DNA from: Candidatus Moraniibacteriota bacterium
GTDB taxonomy: Bacteria; Patescibacteriota; Minisyncoccia; Moranbacterales; UBA1568
Reading direction: 5' to 3'
NCBI GenBank assembly: GCA_008012175.1
Contig: SSEF01000030.1
Location: 1-59,835, forward strand
Length of the DNA stretch: 59,835 nt
Made by a program: the position numbers and the translations under genes. Positions 27,231-34,801 of this stretch are shown here, one piece after another; position 1 is the first letter of the stretch; each line of letters begins with the position of its first letter. The notes beneath the pieces were generated by a model. It had not been told where the DNA came from. It saw nothing but the letters and a program-made list of their open reading frames with translations, and did no database searches.

Positions 27231-28928
27231 TTAATACTTCAGCTCATTCAAATAGTTAGTAACCTTCTTATCAACCTCCACGCGTTCCTTCTCAAGATTC
27301 ATCAATTCCTTGCGCACTGCTGAGACATCAATCTTTTCCTCTTTCTCACCATTCTCTACATATCGTCGGACATTGAGGTTATATTCATTTTCTTCAATTT
27401 CCTTAAGATCAATCACTCGGGCGTAGCCATCGACATCCTTGAAGTTGTCGTACGTCTTCACGATTTTCTGGATATCCTGATACCGGAGTGAGTTCTGATT
27501 CTTCCCTTCGGAGAAGTCCTTTTCTGCATCGATAATCAAAACCTTCCCTTGTCGTTCTTTTGGTTTATTCCTATTGAAAATAATGATAGCTACGGGAATA
27601 CCCACCCCATAAAACAACTTGGCGGGCATGGCGATAACAGCTTCAATAAGATCATTTTTTAGCAACTGTTCCCGAATACGGCCAGGCGTATCTCCCTTGA
27701 ACAAAACTCCATGGGGGCAAACAACGCCTGCACGACCATTTGAATTCATGGACTTGATAATATGCAGGATAAACGCGAAGTCCGCATTCTTCTGTGGAGG
27801 CATGTCATACCCGTCGAGACGACCAAAACGGTCAGACTTAAACAGTTCCCATTCCCATTCTTTGATCGAGTATGGAAAGTTGGCCACGCAAATATCGAAG
27901 GTCTTGAGTGAGCCGTTTGGATTGAGAAACTGTGGATTGGCAAGCGTGTCACCACGCTGAATATCCGCGCTGTCGAGGCCGTGCAAGAACATATTGATCT
28001 TGGCGATAGCGAAAGTCCCGATATTAATCTCCTGACCATAGAGATACAGCGTCCGGGCTACTGCTTCACCTTCCTTTTCCTTGAGATTATGAAAAGCCTC
28101 AAGGAGAAATCCTCCTGAACCCACGGTTGGGTCGTATATATGATCCTTCTTGTGGGGCTTGAGAATTTGAATGATGACCCGCTCAACTTCACGGGGAGTG
28201 TAGAATTCACCACCTTTTTTCCCGGCATCCGCAGCGAACTGCTTGATGAGGTACTCGTACGCGTCTCCCAAAACATCAGAGTTGATATAGGTGTCGCCGA
28301 AGTTGTACTGGGAAAAGTGATTGATGAGTCGCTGGAGTGTTTCGTTCGGAAACTTGTCCTTATTGGCGAAGTCGAGATCATCGAATATTTTGTCGAGCTT
28401 CGGACTGTTCGCATTGGTCAGCTTGTCGAAAACCTCGTTTAATTTCTGACCGATATTTTCCGAGCGTTCTTCAACTACTGACCAGCGGCACTCTTTCGGA
28501 ACCTGGAAACGGTGATTGTAATCTGCACGGGCAAGAGTTTCATCTTTGAAATCTCCCATAAGCTTTTGATACTCCTCGTCCCATACATCACTGATACGCT
28601 TGTAAAACAGGAGGCCAAAAATGTATTTCTTGTAATCAGAGCTATCAATTTTTCCTCGAAGAATATCAGCGCTCTTCCAAAGAAATTGCTCGAGCTGTGG
28701 AAGCGTGAGCTTGCTACCCATTTTATCAACGATTGCTTGGATATCTTGGGGACGATATTTACGGTCGCCACGCTTGCCAACCCGTAGAGGCACAAGGATT
28801 CCTTCTTTCTCCCAGTTCCGCAGGGTGTCCTGATGGATACTGAATATCTCCGCTACCTGCCCAATTGAGAGTAGCTCGGGCATCCCTTTGAGTTTTTGTT
28901 GGATATCTTTACGCATAATGTGAGTCAT
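27231..28928 (-). CDS. hsdM: Type I R-M methyltransferase subunit M with an N-terminal MerR/excisionase-type HTH extension
   Basis: 565 aa. LSIGQVAEIFSIHQDTLRNWEKEGILVP (HTH). HsdM_N region (LWKSADILRGKIDSSDYKKYIFGLLFYKRISD). Motif I DPTVGSGGFLLEA. Motif IV VANFPYS. Confidence 0.9.
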   Translation of the reverse strand: MTHIMRKDIQQKLKGMPELLSIGQVAEIFSIHQDTLRNWEKEGILVPLRVGKRGDRKYRPQDIQAIVDKMGSKLTLPQLEQFLWKSADILRGKIDSSDYKKYIFGLLFYKRISDVWDEEYQKLMGDFKDETLARADYNHRFQVPKECRWSVVEERSENIGQKLNEVFDKLTNANSPKLDKIFDDLDFANKDKFPNETLQRLINHFSQYNFGDTYINSDVLGDAYEYLIKQFAADAGKKGGEFYTPREVERVIIQILKPHKKDHIYDPTVGSGGFLLEAFHNLKEKEGEAVARTLYLYGQEINIGTFAIAKINMFLHGLDSADIQRGDTLANPQFLNPNGSLKTFDICVANFPYSIKEWEWELFKSDRFGRLDGYDMPPQKNADFAFILHIIKSMNSNGRAGVVCPHGVLFKGDTPGRIREQLLKNDLIEAVIAMPAKLFYGVGIPVAIIIFNRNKPKERQGKVLIIDAEKDFSEGKNQNSLRYQDIQKIVKTYDNFKDVDGYARVIDLKEIEENEYNLNVRRYVENGEKEEKIDVSAVRKELMNLEKERVEVDKKVTNYLNELKY

Positions 28929-29092
28929 GATTCCTTAGCACCCACAGTATACATCTCAGAATTGTGTACGTCAAGTGTTCATAGGTTATCATATGTCTTT
29001 TGGTATATTTATGCTTTAAAATAAGGGGTTTTTAGAGGTTATTTCTCCTCTAGACAAGTATCCGGGTCTGCGTCATTCATGGGGTAAAGGCT

Positions 29093-30463
29093 ATGAGTAA
29101 CCACCTAGATACCAGAAAAGTGGCTCTAGAGAGCCAAATAGATCCATCAACCACTACTAAAGTGAGGTATTGCCTTTATGCCCGAAAGAGCACCGAATCC
29201 GAGGAGCGACAGGTACTTTCCATCGATTCCCAAGTAAAGGAGATGCTTCAGATCGCTGACCGGGATGGGTTGGAAATTGTCGAAATCCGAAGAGAGAGTC
29301 ACTCTGCCAAGTCATCAGGTGGCCGACCTGTTTACAACGAGCTTATTGAGGACATCCGTAAGGGTCGCTTCAACGGGATCCTCACCTGGGCACCCGATCG
29401 ACTCAGCCGAAACGCTGGTGATTTGGGATCGCTTGTCGACCTCATGGATCAGAAACTTCTCCTTGAGATTCGTACGTATGGGCAATGCTTTACCAATTCA
29501 CCGAATGAGAAGTTTCTTCTCATGATCCTCGGCTCACAGGCAAAGCTCGAAAACGACAATCGAGGCGTGAATGTGAAGCGAGGACTCAGAATGCGCTGCG
29601 AGATGGGTATGTGGCCGACCTGTGCCCCAACCGGATATCTCAACGTCATGTCGCCCGATCGGAAAGGGCAGGTAATGATCGATCCGGAACGAGGTCCGAT
29701 TGTAAAGAAGATGTTCGAGAGGGTGGCTATGGAACGCTGGAGCGGACGGAAGCTTTACCACTGGCTCAAGTTTGACCTCAACTTCAAGTCCAAAGGCAAC
29801 AAAAATCTCTCGCTCAGTAATATTTACCGCATTCTCCAAACTTCTTTTTACTACGGCCCATTTGAGTATCCACGAGGAAGTGGCAAATGGTACGAAGGTA
29901 AGCATGAACCTCTCATTACTAAGGAGCTCTTCGATCTCACTCAGGAACAATTGAAACGAGACCGGATTACTCGAGATAACAAGGAGTTCGCCTTCACGAA
30001 ACTCATTACCTGTGGGCTCTGTGGATCGGGTATCACCGCCGATGAGAAGTACAAGAAACTGAAAAGCGGAGATACGGCAACGTACATCTACTATGGGTGC
30101 ACCCGATCACGAGATCTCTCCTGCAAGCTGGGATATCTCCGAGAAGAAGAGTTGATCGCTCAGATGGCGAAGATGATTGACGTGATTGATATCAACGAAA
30201 TCGGGCTGAAGCGTCAGTTCGAGGACGAAGTCGAACGCTACAACAAATTCCAGCATACCGTGCTCCGGATGCATGGTCAGGAAGCAGAGATTGAGAAGAA
30301 ACAAGAGTTCGATATCCGAACCTACGCCAAGTACATCCTGCGAGAAGGACGAATGATTGAGAAACGAGAGCTTTTGGCGAGTCTCAAAAGCCGATTGATC
30401 CTAGGAAAAGATAAGAAATTAACTCTCAGGAAGTATGAAACCACCATAAAACCTGAATGTTGA
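29093..30463 (+). CDS. Large serine recombinase (resolvase catalytic domain + recombinase domain + zinc ribbon)
   Basis: 456 aa. YARKSTESEERQVLSIDSQ (catalytic Ser region), APDRLSRN, CGLCGSGI...YYGC zinc ribbon, C-terminal coiled coil. Divergent from hsdM. Confidence 0.9.
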   Translation: MSNHLDTRKVALESQIDPSTTTKVRYCLYARKSTESEERQVLSIDSQVKEMLQIADRDGLEIVEIRRESHSAKSSGGRPVYNELIEDIRKGRFNGILTWAPDRLSRNAGDLGSLVDLMDQKLLLEIRTYGQCFTNSPNEKFLLMILGSQAKLENDNRGVNVKRGLRMRCEMGMWPTCAPTGYLNVMSPDRKGQVMIDPERGPIVKKMFERVAMERWSGRKLYHWLKFDLNFKSKGNKNLSLSNIYRILQTSFYYGPFEYPRGSGKWYEGKHEPLITKELFDLTQEQLKRDRITRDNKEFAFTKLITCGLCGSGITADEKYKKLKSGDTATYIYYGCTRSRDLSCKLGYLREEELIAQMAKMIDVIDINEIGLKRQFEDEVERYNKFQHTVLRMHGQEAEIEKKQEFDIRTYAKYILREGRMIEKRELLASLKSRLILGKDKKLTLRKYETTIKPEC

Positions 30464-30540
30464 TTTTTGTCCCTTAAAAAGCTATACTCGAGGTACAATA
30501 CTGCCTAAACTCGTAGCAATACGGGCATGGCGCAATAAAA

Positions 30541-30695
30541 CCCTTAGCAACAGAAACGGCCCTATGGCCGGTACTTGTTGCTAAGGTCGACATCCGAAAG
30601 GGTGCCGAGGCAGTCCGAAAGGATTGTCACCGGTTCGTAGGGCCCTTTGTGTTCTCAGAACTGGATTCTCCAATTTAATAATCCCTTAGCAACAA
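30541..30695 (+). other. GC-rich palindromic/structured element between the recombinase gene and the next ORF (ncRNA, riboregulatory leader or recombinase/repressor binding site)
   Basis: Perfect 11-bp inverted repeat ccttagcaaca (30542-30552) / tgttgctaagg (30576-30586). Two GAAA-tetraloop hairpins at 30591-30604 and 30611-30626. Long-range complement 30558-30572 / 30629-30644. A second copy of cccttagcaaca lies at 30683-30694, 5 nt before ATG 30700. Confidence 0.5.
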
Positions 30696-30699
30696 TAAT

Positions 30700-31251
30700 A
30701 TGGAGCAGCCGCTTCAGCCTTCGGGACAGGCTCAAAACGTCCCGGTGAAGAAGGCATGGTACAAGAAATGGTGGGTCATAACTATCGCAGTCATAATGGT
30801 TCTCGGCGCCATTGGGAGCGCCGGCGAAGACAGCAAAAAAGTGACGGACAATCAGTCAACAACTACCGTAACTCCTGTTGAGGAAACAAAAAAGGCCGAG
30901 CCAGAAAAAGTGATGGAACCAGAAAAGATCACTCCAGAGGTAGTCGTGACGAGTGCCGCCCTTTCGAAGGCGTACTCAGAAAATGAAGTCTCTGCTGATG
31001 CAAAGTACAAAGATAAGCTCATCGAAGTTTCTGGGAAGGTTGTCAGTATCGACAATGGTACGTTCGATAACGAAATCATCATAAGGCTTTCTGATGGCCA
31101 ATATGATTTCAACGGACTACATTGTTACATGAAAGAGAGCGAGCGAGATAAGGCTCTAACAATGAAAAAGGGTCAGACAGTAACTCTCATTGGCAAAGGT
31201 AACAGTGCGACTATTGGATCGCCCGTACTGAAAAATTGCTGGGTAAAGTAA
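30700..31251 (+). CDS. Membrane-anchored OB-fold (tRNA_anti-like) protein
   Basis: 183 aa. N-terminal TM helix (WWVITIAVIMVLGAIGS), Glu/Lys-rich linker, then SAALSKAYSENEVSADAKYKDKLIEVSGKV, typical of the tRNA_anti-like OB family. Confidence 0.6.
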   Translation: MEQPLQPSGQAQNVPVKKAWYKKWWVITIAVIMVLGAIGSAGEDSKKVTDNQSTTTVTPVEETKKAEPEKVMEPEKITPEVVVTSAALSKAYSENEVSADAKYKDKLIEVSGKVVSIDNGTFDNEIIIRLSDGQYDFNGLHCYMKESERDKALTMKKGQTVTLIGKGNSATIGSPVLKNCWVK

Positions 31252-31271
31252 GTTAGTAGTATCTACATACT

Positions 31272-31294
31272 AAAACCGCCAGTCAGGCGGTTTT
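31272..31294. terminator. Bidirectional rho-independent terminator between convergent genes
   Basis: aaaaccgcc / ggcggtttt perfect stem with a 5-nt loop and A/T runs on both sides. Overlaps the stop codon of the 31283-31891 gene. Confidence 0.75.
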
Positions 31295-31891
31295 AGTATT
31301 GTTGTTATCCCTTAACAGTAACTCAAACTTGTATGTGAACCAGTACTCAAAAACATTCTCTACCTTCAACATTATCTGATAAAGAACCAAAATATTAATA
31401 TGGGATTGATCTTGTAAATAAAGCTCTCGACCCTTTGATTCAGGAAAACGGAAAACTTCAGCAGATTCGTCTAAACGAGAAATATCTTGAAACACTTTTT
31501 CCAGGAAAGTGATAAGTTCCTTGTCTTCTTTCAATAAATCAATTTTCTTCACTAACTTTTTAGTCTCGTTCCATAATTTCAAAATATCATGTCCTGCTGC
31601 CCTGGCATCCTCATGATTGTAGTAATAGGAGAGAAAGTTAATCATACCCTTTAGAGCAAGCTCTACTGCGTGTCTATACAGATAAAAAATTGGATATATG
31701 GATATATCAATATTTCTCCTCCTTTGTAAAACATCTTCAGCTACAGTTCTTGCTGCAAAAAAGTATCCCCTAGAGTAGTCTGTGTATGTATATGGACCGC
31801 CATTTGTTCCAACACATGCATTAAAGTCTGAAATCTCACGATCCCATTTAAATAAATCCCCACTCTCATATCCCAGGTCCCAATTTTCCAT
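31283..31891 (-). CDS. Classical HEPN-like domain protein with a ~60-aa N-terminal extension (no MNT partner)
   Basis: 202 aa. YRHAVELALKG, GHDILKLW and VFRFPES mirror the QAxEKALKA / tHDL / RYP landmarks of classical HEPN domains as I recall them. Confidence 0.45.
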   Translation of the reverse strand: MENWDLGYESGDLFKWDREISDFNACVGTNGGPYTYTDYSRGYFFAARTVAEDVLQRRRNIDISIYPIFYLYRHAVELALKGMINFLSYYYNHEDARAAGHDILKLWNETKKLVKKIDLLKEDKELITFLEKVFQDISRLDESAEVFRFPESKGRELYLQDQSHINILVLYQIMLKVENVFEYWFTYKFELLLRDNNNTKTA

Positions 31892-31920
31892 ACAACGCTA
31901 GAAGAATCAATATACCATAA

Positions 31921-31946
31921 AAGCCGCTAAAAAAGCGGCCTTTATT
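31921..31946 (-). terminator. Rho-independent terminator downstream of tRNA-Ser
   Basis: gccgct (31923-31928) / agcggc (31934-31939) stem. On the minus strand it is followed by a T run. A second hairpin gggtg/caccc lies at about 31953-31971. Confidence 0.6.
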
Positions 31947-31987
31947 TAAAGGGTGTTTAGGTCACCCTCGATACTATGAGCTTGATG

Positions 31988-32075
31988 CGGAGAGGGAGGG
32001 ATTCGAACCCTCGAGAGCGATTAAGCCCTGCCACGTTAGCAGTGTGGTGCCTTCAGCCAGCTCGGCCACCTCTCC
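31988..32075 (-). tRNA. tRNA-Ser (anticodon GCU), long variable arm, no encoded CCA
   Basis: Reverse complement reads GGAGAGG-TG-GCCGAGCTGGCTGAAGGC-...CTGCTAA...-long variable arm-GAGGGTTCGAATCCCTC-CCTCTCC-G. Acceptor and T arm pair perfectly. The anticodon loop CT-GCT-AA has one A-C mismatch closing the stem. Confidence 0.85.
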
Positions 32076-32235
32076 AAAATTACGCTTTACTCTAGCATAG
32101 CCGACTCGTCCCTTCAAGCCTAGGAAGCGGACGGGTATCTACCCGGAAACTACCGAGGGACGGGGCAGCCTTCACCTTCGACAGATAAGTGACTTTCCAT
32201 TAGACTACAGGGGCGCTAATTCCTCACTTTTTCCT

Positions 32236-32937
32236 ATGGATGAAACACCGCTTCACTCCGAGCAGCCCGCCGTGGTTCCAAAACCCAGAGCGGCAAAGTT
32301 CACTGTCAGCAATCGGATGCTTGCCCTCCTTTTCGTAGGCGCTATTGCGCTCGGAAGCGCCTACGGCTATCGCGGCCTCTTCATCGCCGCAACTGTCGAT
32401 GGCAGCCCGATCAGCCGGATCGCTGTCATTCAAAAATTAGAGCAACAGAATGGAAAGAATATCCTTGATGCACTAGTGACTGACCGGCTGATCCAAACGG
32501 CAGCAGCCCGGCTCAGCATCACTGTTGATCCCTCAGAAATCGATGCGGAGATCGAAAAAATCACAGCCCAGATAAAGGCCCAGGGGCTGACGCTCGATGA
32601 CGTGCTCCGTCAGGAAGGACTGACGCTCTCCGAAGTCCGCCAGCAGATAGCAACGCGCGAACAACTCAGGAAAATCCTCGGTGACTCGCTCGTCGTCACG
32701 GATGAGGAGATCGATGACTACTTGTCGAAGACCAAGCTTTCCCCTCCGAAAGAAATACCTGAATCGGACTTTCGGGAAGATATTAGGAGACAACTCAGTG
32801 ATCAGAAGTTCGGAACCGAAGCTGAAAAATGGATCGCTTCAGCGCGGGAAGCAGCTGATATCCAATATTTTGCAGGTTACGCGAAACCGGATGGGAAGGC
32901 GAACGCAATAGCGCCAGACGAAACCCCTGCCCCATAA
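32236..32937 (+). CDS. SurA N-terminal domain-like periplasmic chaperone (no PPIase domain seen)
   Basis: 233 aa. TM anchor, then ATVDGSPISRIAVIQKLEQQNGKNILDALVTDRLIQ and ...LSEVRQQIATREQLRKILG, typical of the SurA_N/PpiD-like fold. Confidence 0.5.
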   Translation: MDETPLHSEQPAVVPKPRAAKFTVSNRMLALLFVGAIALGSAYGYRGLFIAATVDGSPISRIAVIQKLEQQNGKNILDALVTDRLIQTAAARLSITVDPSEIDAEIEKITAQIKAQGLTLDDVLRQEGLTLSEVRQQIATREQLRKILGDSLVVTDEEIDDYLSKTKLSPPKEIPESDFREDIRRQLSDQKFGTEAEKWIASAREAADIQYFAGYAKPDGKANAIAPDETPAP

Positions 32938-33045
32938 AAAGACCTGGCCCAACAGCACGATAACGGACTGGCCGCCCCTCTATCCAGGGGCGGCCCTTTC
33001 AGTCTCATTAAAAATATCTGCAGGACTTGAGGGACAGGGAACCGC

Positions 33046-33681
33046 TTATCTCAGGAATTCCACTACCGTACCGAAATCTCTCCGGACTTTCTGACGCGTA
33101 GCTGCCGGATCGATCCCGCGATAACCAATCGACAGCATCACTGTCGCTGTGAGATTCTTTTCGGCCAGACCGAGCGCTGCATCGACTCCTCTCGGATCAA
33201 AACCCTCCATCGCTGCATTATCAATACCGAGAAGCGATGCTGCCTCCATCATCATCCCAAGCGCGATATATACCTGCCGTGAAACCCAAGCGTCAAGCGC
33301 CGCATCATCACGACTCGCAATCACCCCGTCGAGCATCTCCTTGAAACCAGCAAGCGATTTTGGATCCTGTTGCTGGATTTCTGCGGTACGAGCAATACGT
33401 TCGTGGACAATATTCTCACGCACATCCGTCCGACGAGCAACAACGATGAGATGCGAAGCCTCGGTTACTTTTGATTGATCATAGCTCGCCGCCCGAATCC
33501 GCCTGCGGACTTCTGAATTCTCCACCACGATAAACTTCCATGGCTCAAGCCCGTAGGAGCTTGGCGCGAGCCGCCCGCTTTCAAGAATAACCTTTAGGTC
33601 GCTCTCGCTCACTCTCTTCAGCGGGTCGAAAGACTGTACGGCATAGCGCCACTCGAGCGCCTTTACAACATTCTCCTGCAT
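33046..33681 (-). CDS. Nitroreductase family NAD(P)H-dependent oxidoreductase
   Basis: 211 aa. RYAVQSFDP...ILESGRLAPSSYGLEPWKFIVV signature. Confidence 0.85.
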   Translation of the reverse strand: MQENVVKALEWRYAVQSFDPLKRVSESDLKVILESGRLAPSSYGLEPWKFIVVENSEVRRRIRAASYDQSKVTEASHLIVVARRTDVRENIVHERIARTAEIQQQDPKSLAGFKEMLDGVIASRDDAALDAWVSRQVYIALGMMMEAASLLGIDNAAMEGFDPRGVDAALGLAEKNLTATVMLSIGYRGIDPAATRQKVRRDFGTVVEFLR

Positions 33682-33776
33682 ACGATGTATAATAGAGGTG
33701 TATTAGATTTATTGCTTTATTAAGCAAAGTATTATATATAATATAGTACTATATATAGAGTAGTACTCTATAGCGT

Positions 33777-34106
33777 ATGCGTCAAGTCCGACCGAAAAAA
33801 AGACCGTCTGAAGCACAGTGCCCAAAGCGAGCACTCGAAATGTTCGGTGACTACCAGACGCTCTCCATTGTTGATACGCTTGCCATCGGAGAAATGCGCT
33901 ACTGCGAGCTTCAGCGCGCGCTCGGCAACATGAATCCCGTCACTCTCGCTCGCCGGCTGAAAAAACTTGAGGACCAAAGGATTATCGAGCGGCGCAAGGA
34001 AACCATTGATAAGCTCTCCGTTGCCTATCGACTCCTTCCGAAAGGCGAGCATATGCTCCCGGTGCTCCGGAGCATCAAGGAATTTTCTGAAAAATACCTT
34101 GGCTAG
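33777..34106 (+). CDS. HxlR-family winged-helix transcriptional regulator
   Basis: 109 aa. CPKRALEMFGDYQTLSIVDTL...MRYCELQRAL..MNPVTLARRLKKLEDQRIIER. Divergent from the nitroreductase gene, a classic pairing. Confidence 0.85.
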   Translation: MRQVRPKKRPSEAQCPKRALEMFGDYQTLSIVDTLAIGEMRYCELQRALGNMNPVTLARRLKKLEDQRIIERRKETIDKLSVAYRLLPKGEHMLPVLRSIKEFSEKYLG

Positions 34107-34304
34107 CCTTGGGCAAAGATGACCGGTAAAACATCTTCTTCAAGAAAATATCAGGTAAGAGGCAGTCTTCACAGGACGAGCCCCGCCCCGCAGAAAAATC
34201 CCAATTCCCGCCTGCTTACGTTTTCGCATAGGCATCAGGGGAAATAGCGATGCCCGCTGCTCATCTCTCATTTCAAATCTGACAGCTAAGCATACTTTAG
34301 ATTT

Positions 34305-34787
34305 ATGGATATACTCATCATCATTGGTTCCGTCCTTGCCATTACCGCGATTATCGGCAGCATCGTCCCTGCCCTCCCCGGTCCGATCCTCGGGTACGGA
34401 GCACTCGTTCTCCTCTACGTCTCCCGTGGCGCCGACGGTATCACGCCCGTCTCCCTCGGTATTTTCGGAGCCTTCCTCATTCTCGTCACGATCATTGGCT
34501 ACGTGGCGCCGATCTGGGGGGCACGTTTCTCCGGTGCATCCAAACGCGGGGTCTGGGGAGCGGTCCTCGGAGCGATTCTTGGGCTGATTTTCTTCTTGCC
34601 GCTCGGGCTCTTCCTCGGAGCCTTCCTCGGAGCAATCATCGGCGAGCTTTCGACCGGCAAAGATGGTAGCGCAGCCCTCAAGGCCGGCATCGGCACCCTC
34701 CTCGGTTCCGTCATGGTTATTTTTCTCCAGACCTTGTTCGCTCTCGTGATGGCCGGGTATTATTTCTACTCCCTCATCCGGAACTGA
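34305..34787 (+). CDS. DUF456-like membrane protein
   Basis: 160 aa, four TM helices, Gly-rich. The IVPALPGPILGY motif is as I recall for DUF456. Confidence 0.5.
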   Translation: MDILIIIGSVLAITAIIGSIVPALPGPILGYGALVLLYVSRGADGITPVSLGIFGAFLILVTIIGYVAPIWGARFSGASKRGVWGAVLGAILGLIFFLPLGLFLGAFLGAIIGELSTGKDGSAALKAGIGTLLGSVMVIFLQTLFALVMAGYYFYSLIRN

Positions 34788-34801
34788 TCCCCACCATTCC
34801 T

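Larger units (their letters stand above)
16108..31987. mobile_element. AT-rich genomic island (probably composite) abutting the 3' end of tRNA-Ser; carries a large serine recombinase, R-M/defence genes and phage-like genes
   Basis: Abrupt compositional drop relative to both flanks, visible by eye. Contents: serine recombinase, ParB-methylase, terminase-small-like HTH, type I R-M, HEPN-like and TIR-like genes. The right end is next to a tRNA. Exact ends were not determined and no flanking direct repeats were found. Confidence 0.65.

Noticed and set aside
28933-28940. Extra partial matches to the cccttagcaaca half-site: ccttagca at 28933-28940 just upstream of hsdM, and cttgctaggg at 16115-16124 at the left island edge.
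   Set aside because: Matches of 8 nt, or with an indel, are expected by chance about once or twice in 60 kb on two strands. They are suggestive by position only and are not counted as evidence.
32076-32235. A GC-rich region upstream of tRNA-Ser with cgtccc...gggacg pairing and ccc-ggaa-ac, considered as a possible SRP/4.5S or other small RNA.
   Set aside because: I could not align the conserved SRP domain IV sequence (GGAA tetraloop flanked by the AGCA/GGCA loops) or any other consensus. It is more simply the tRNA promoter and leader plus the promoter of the divergent SurA_N gene. An Infernal scan would settle it.
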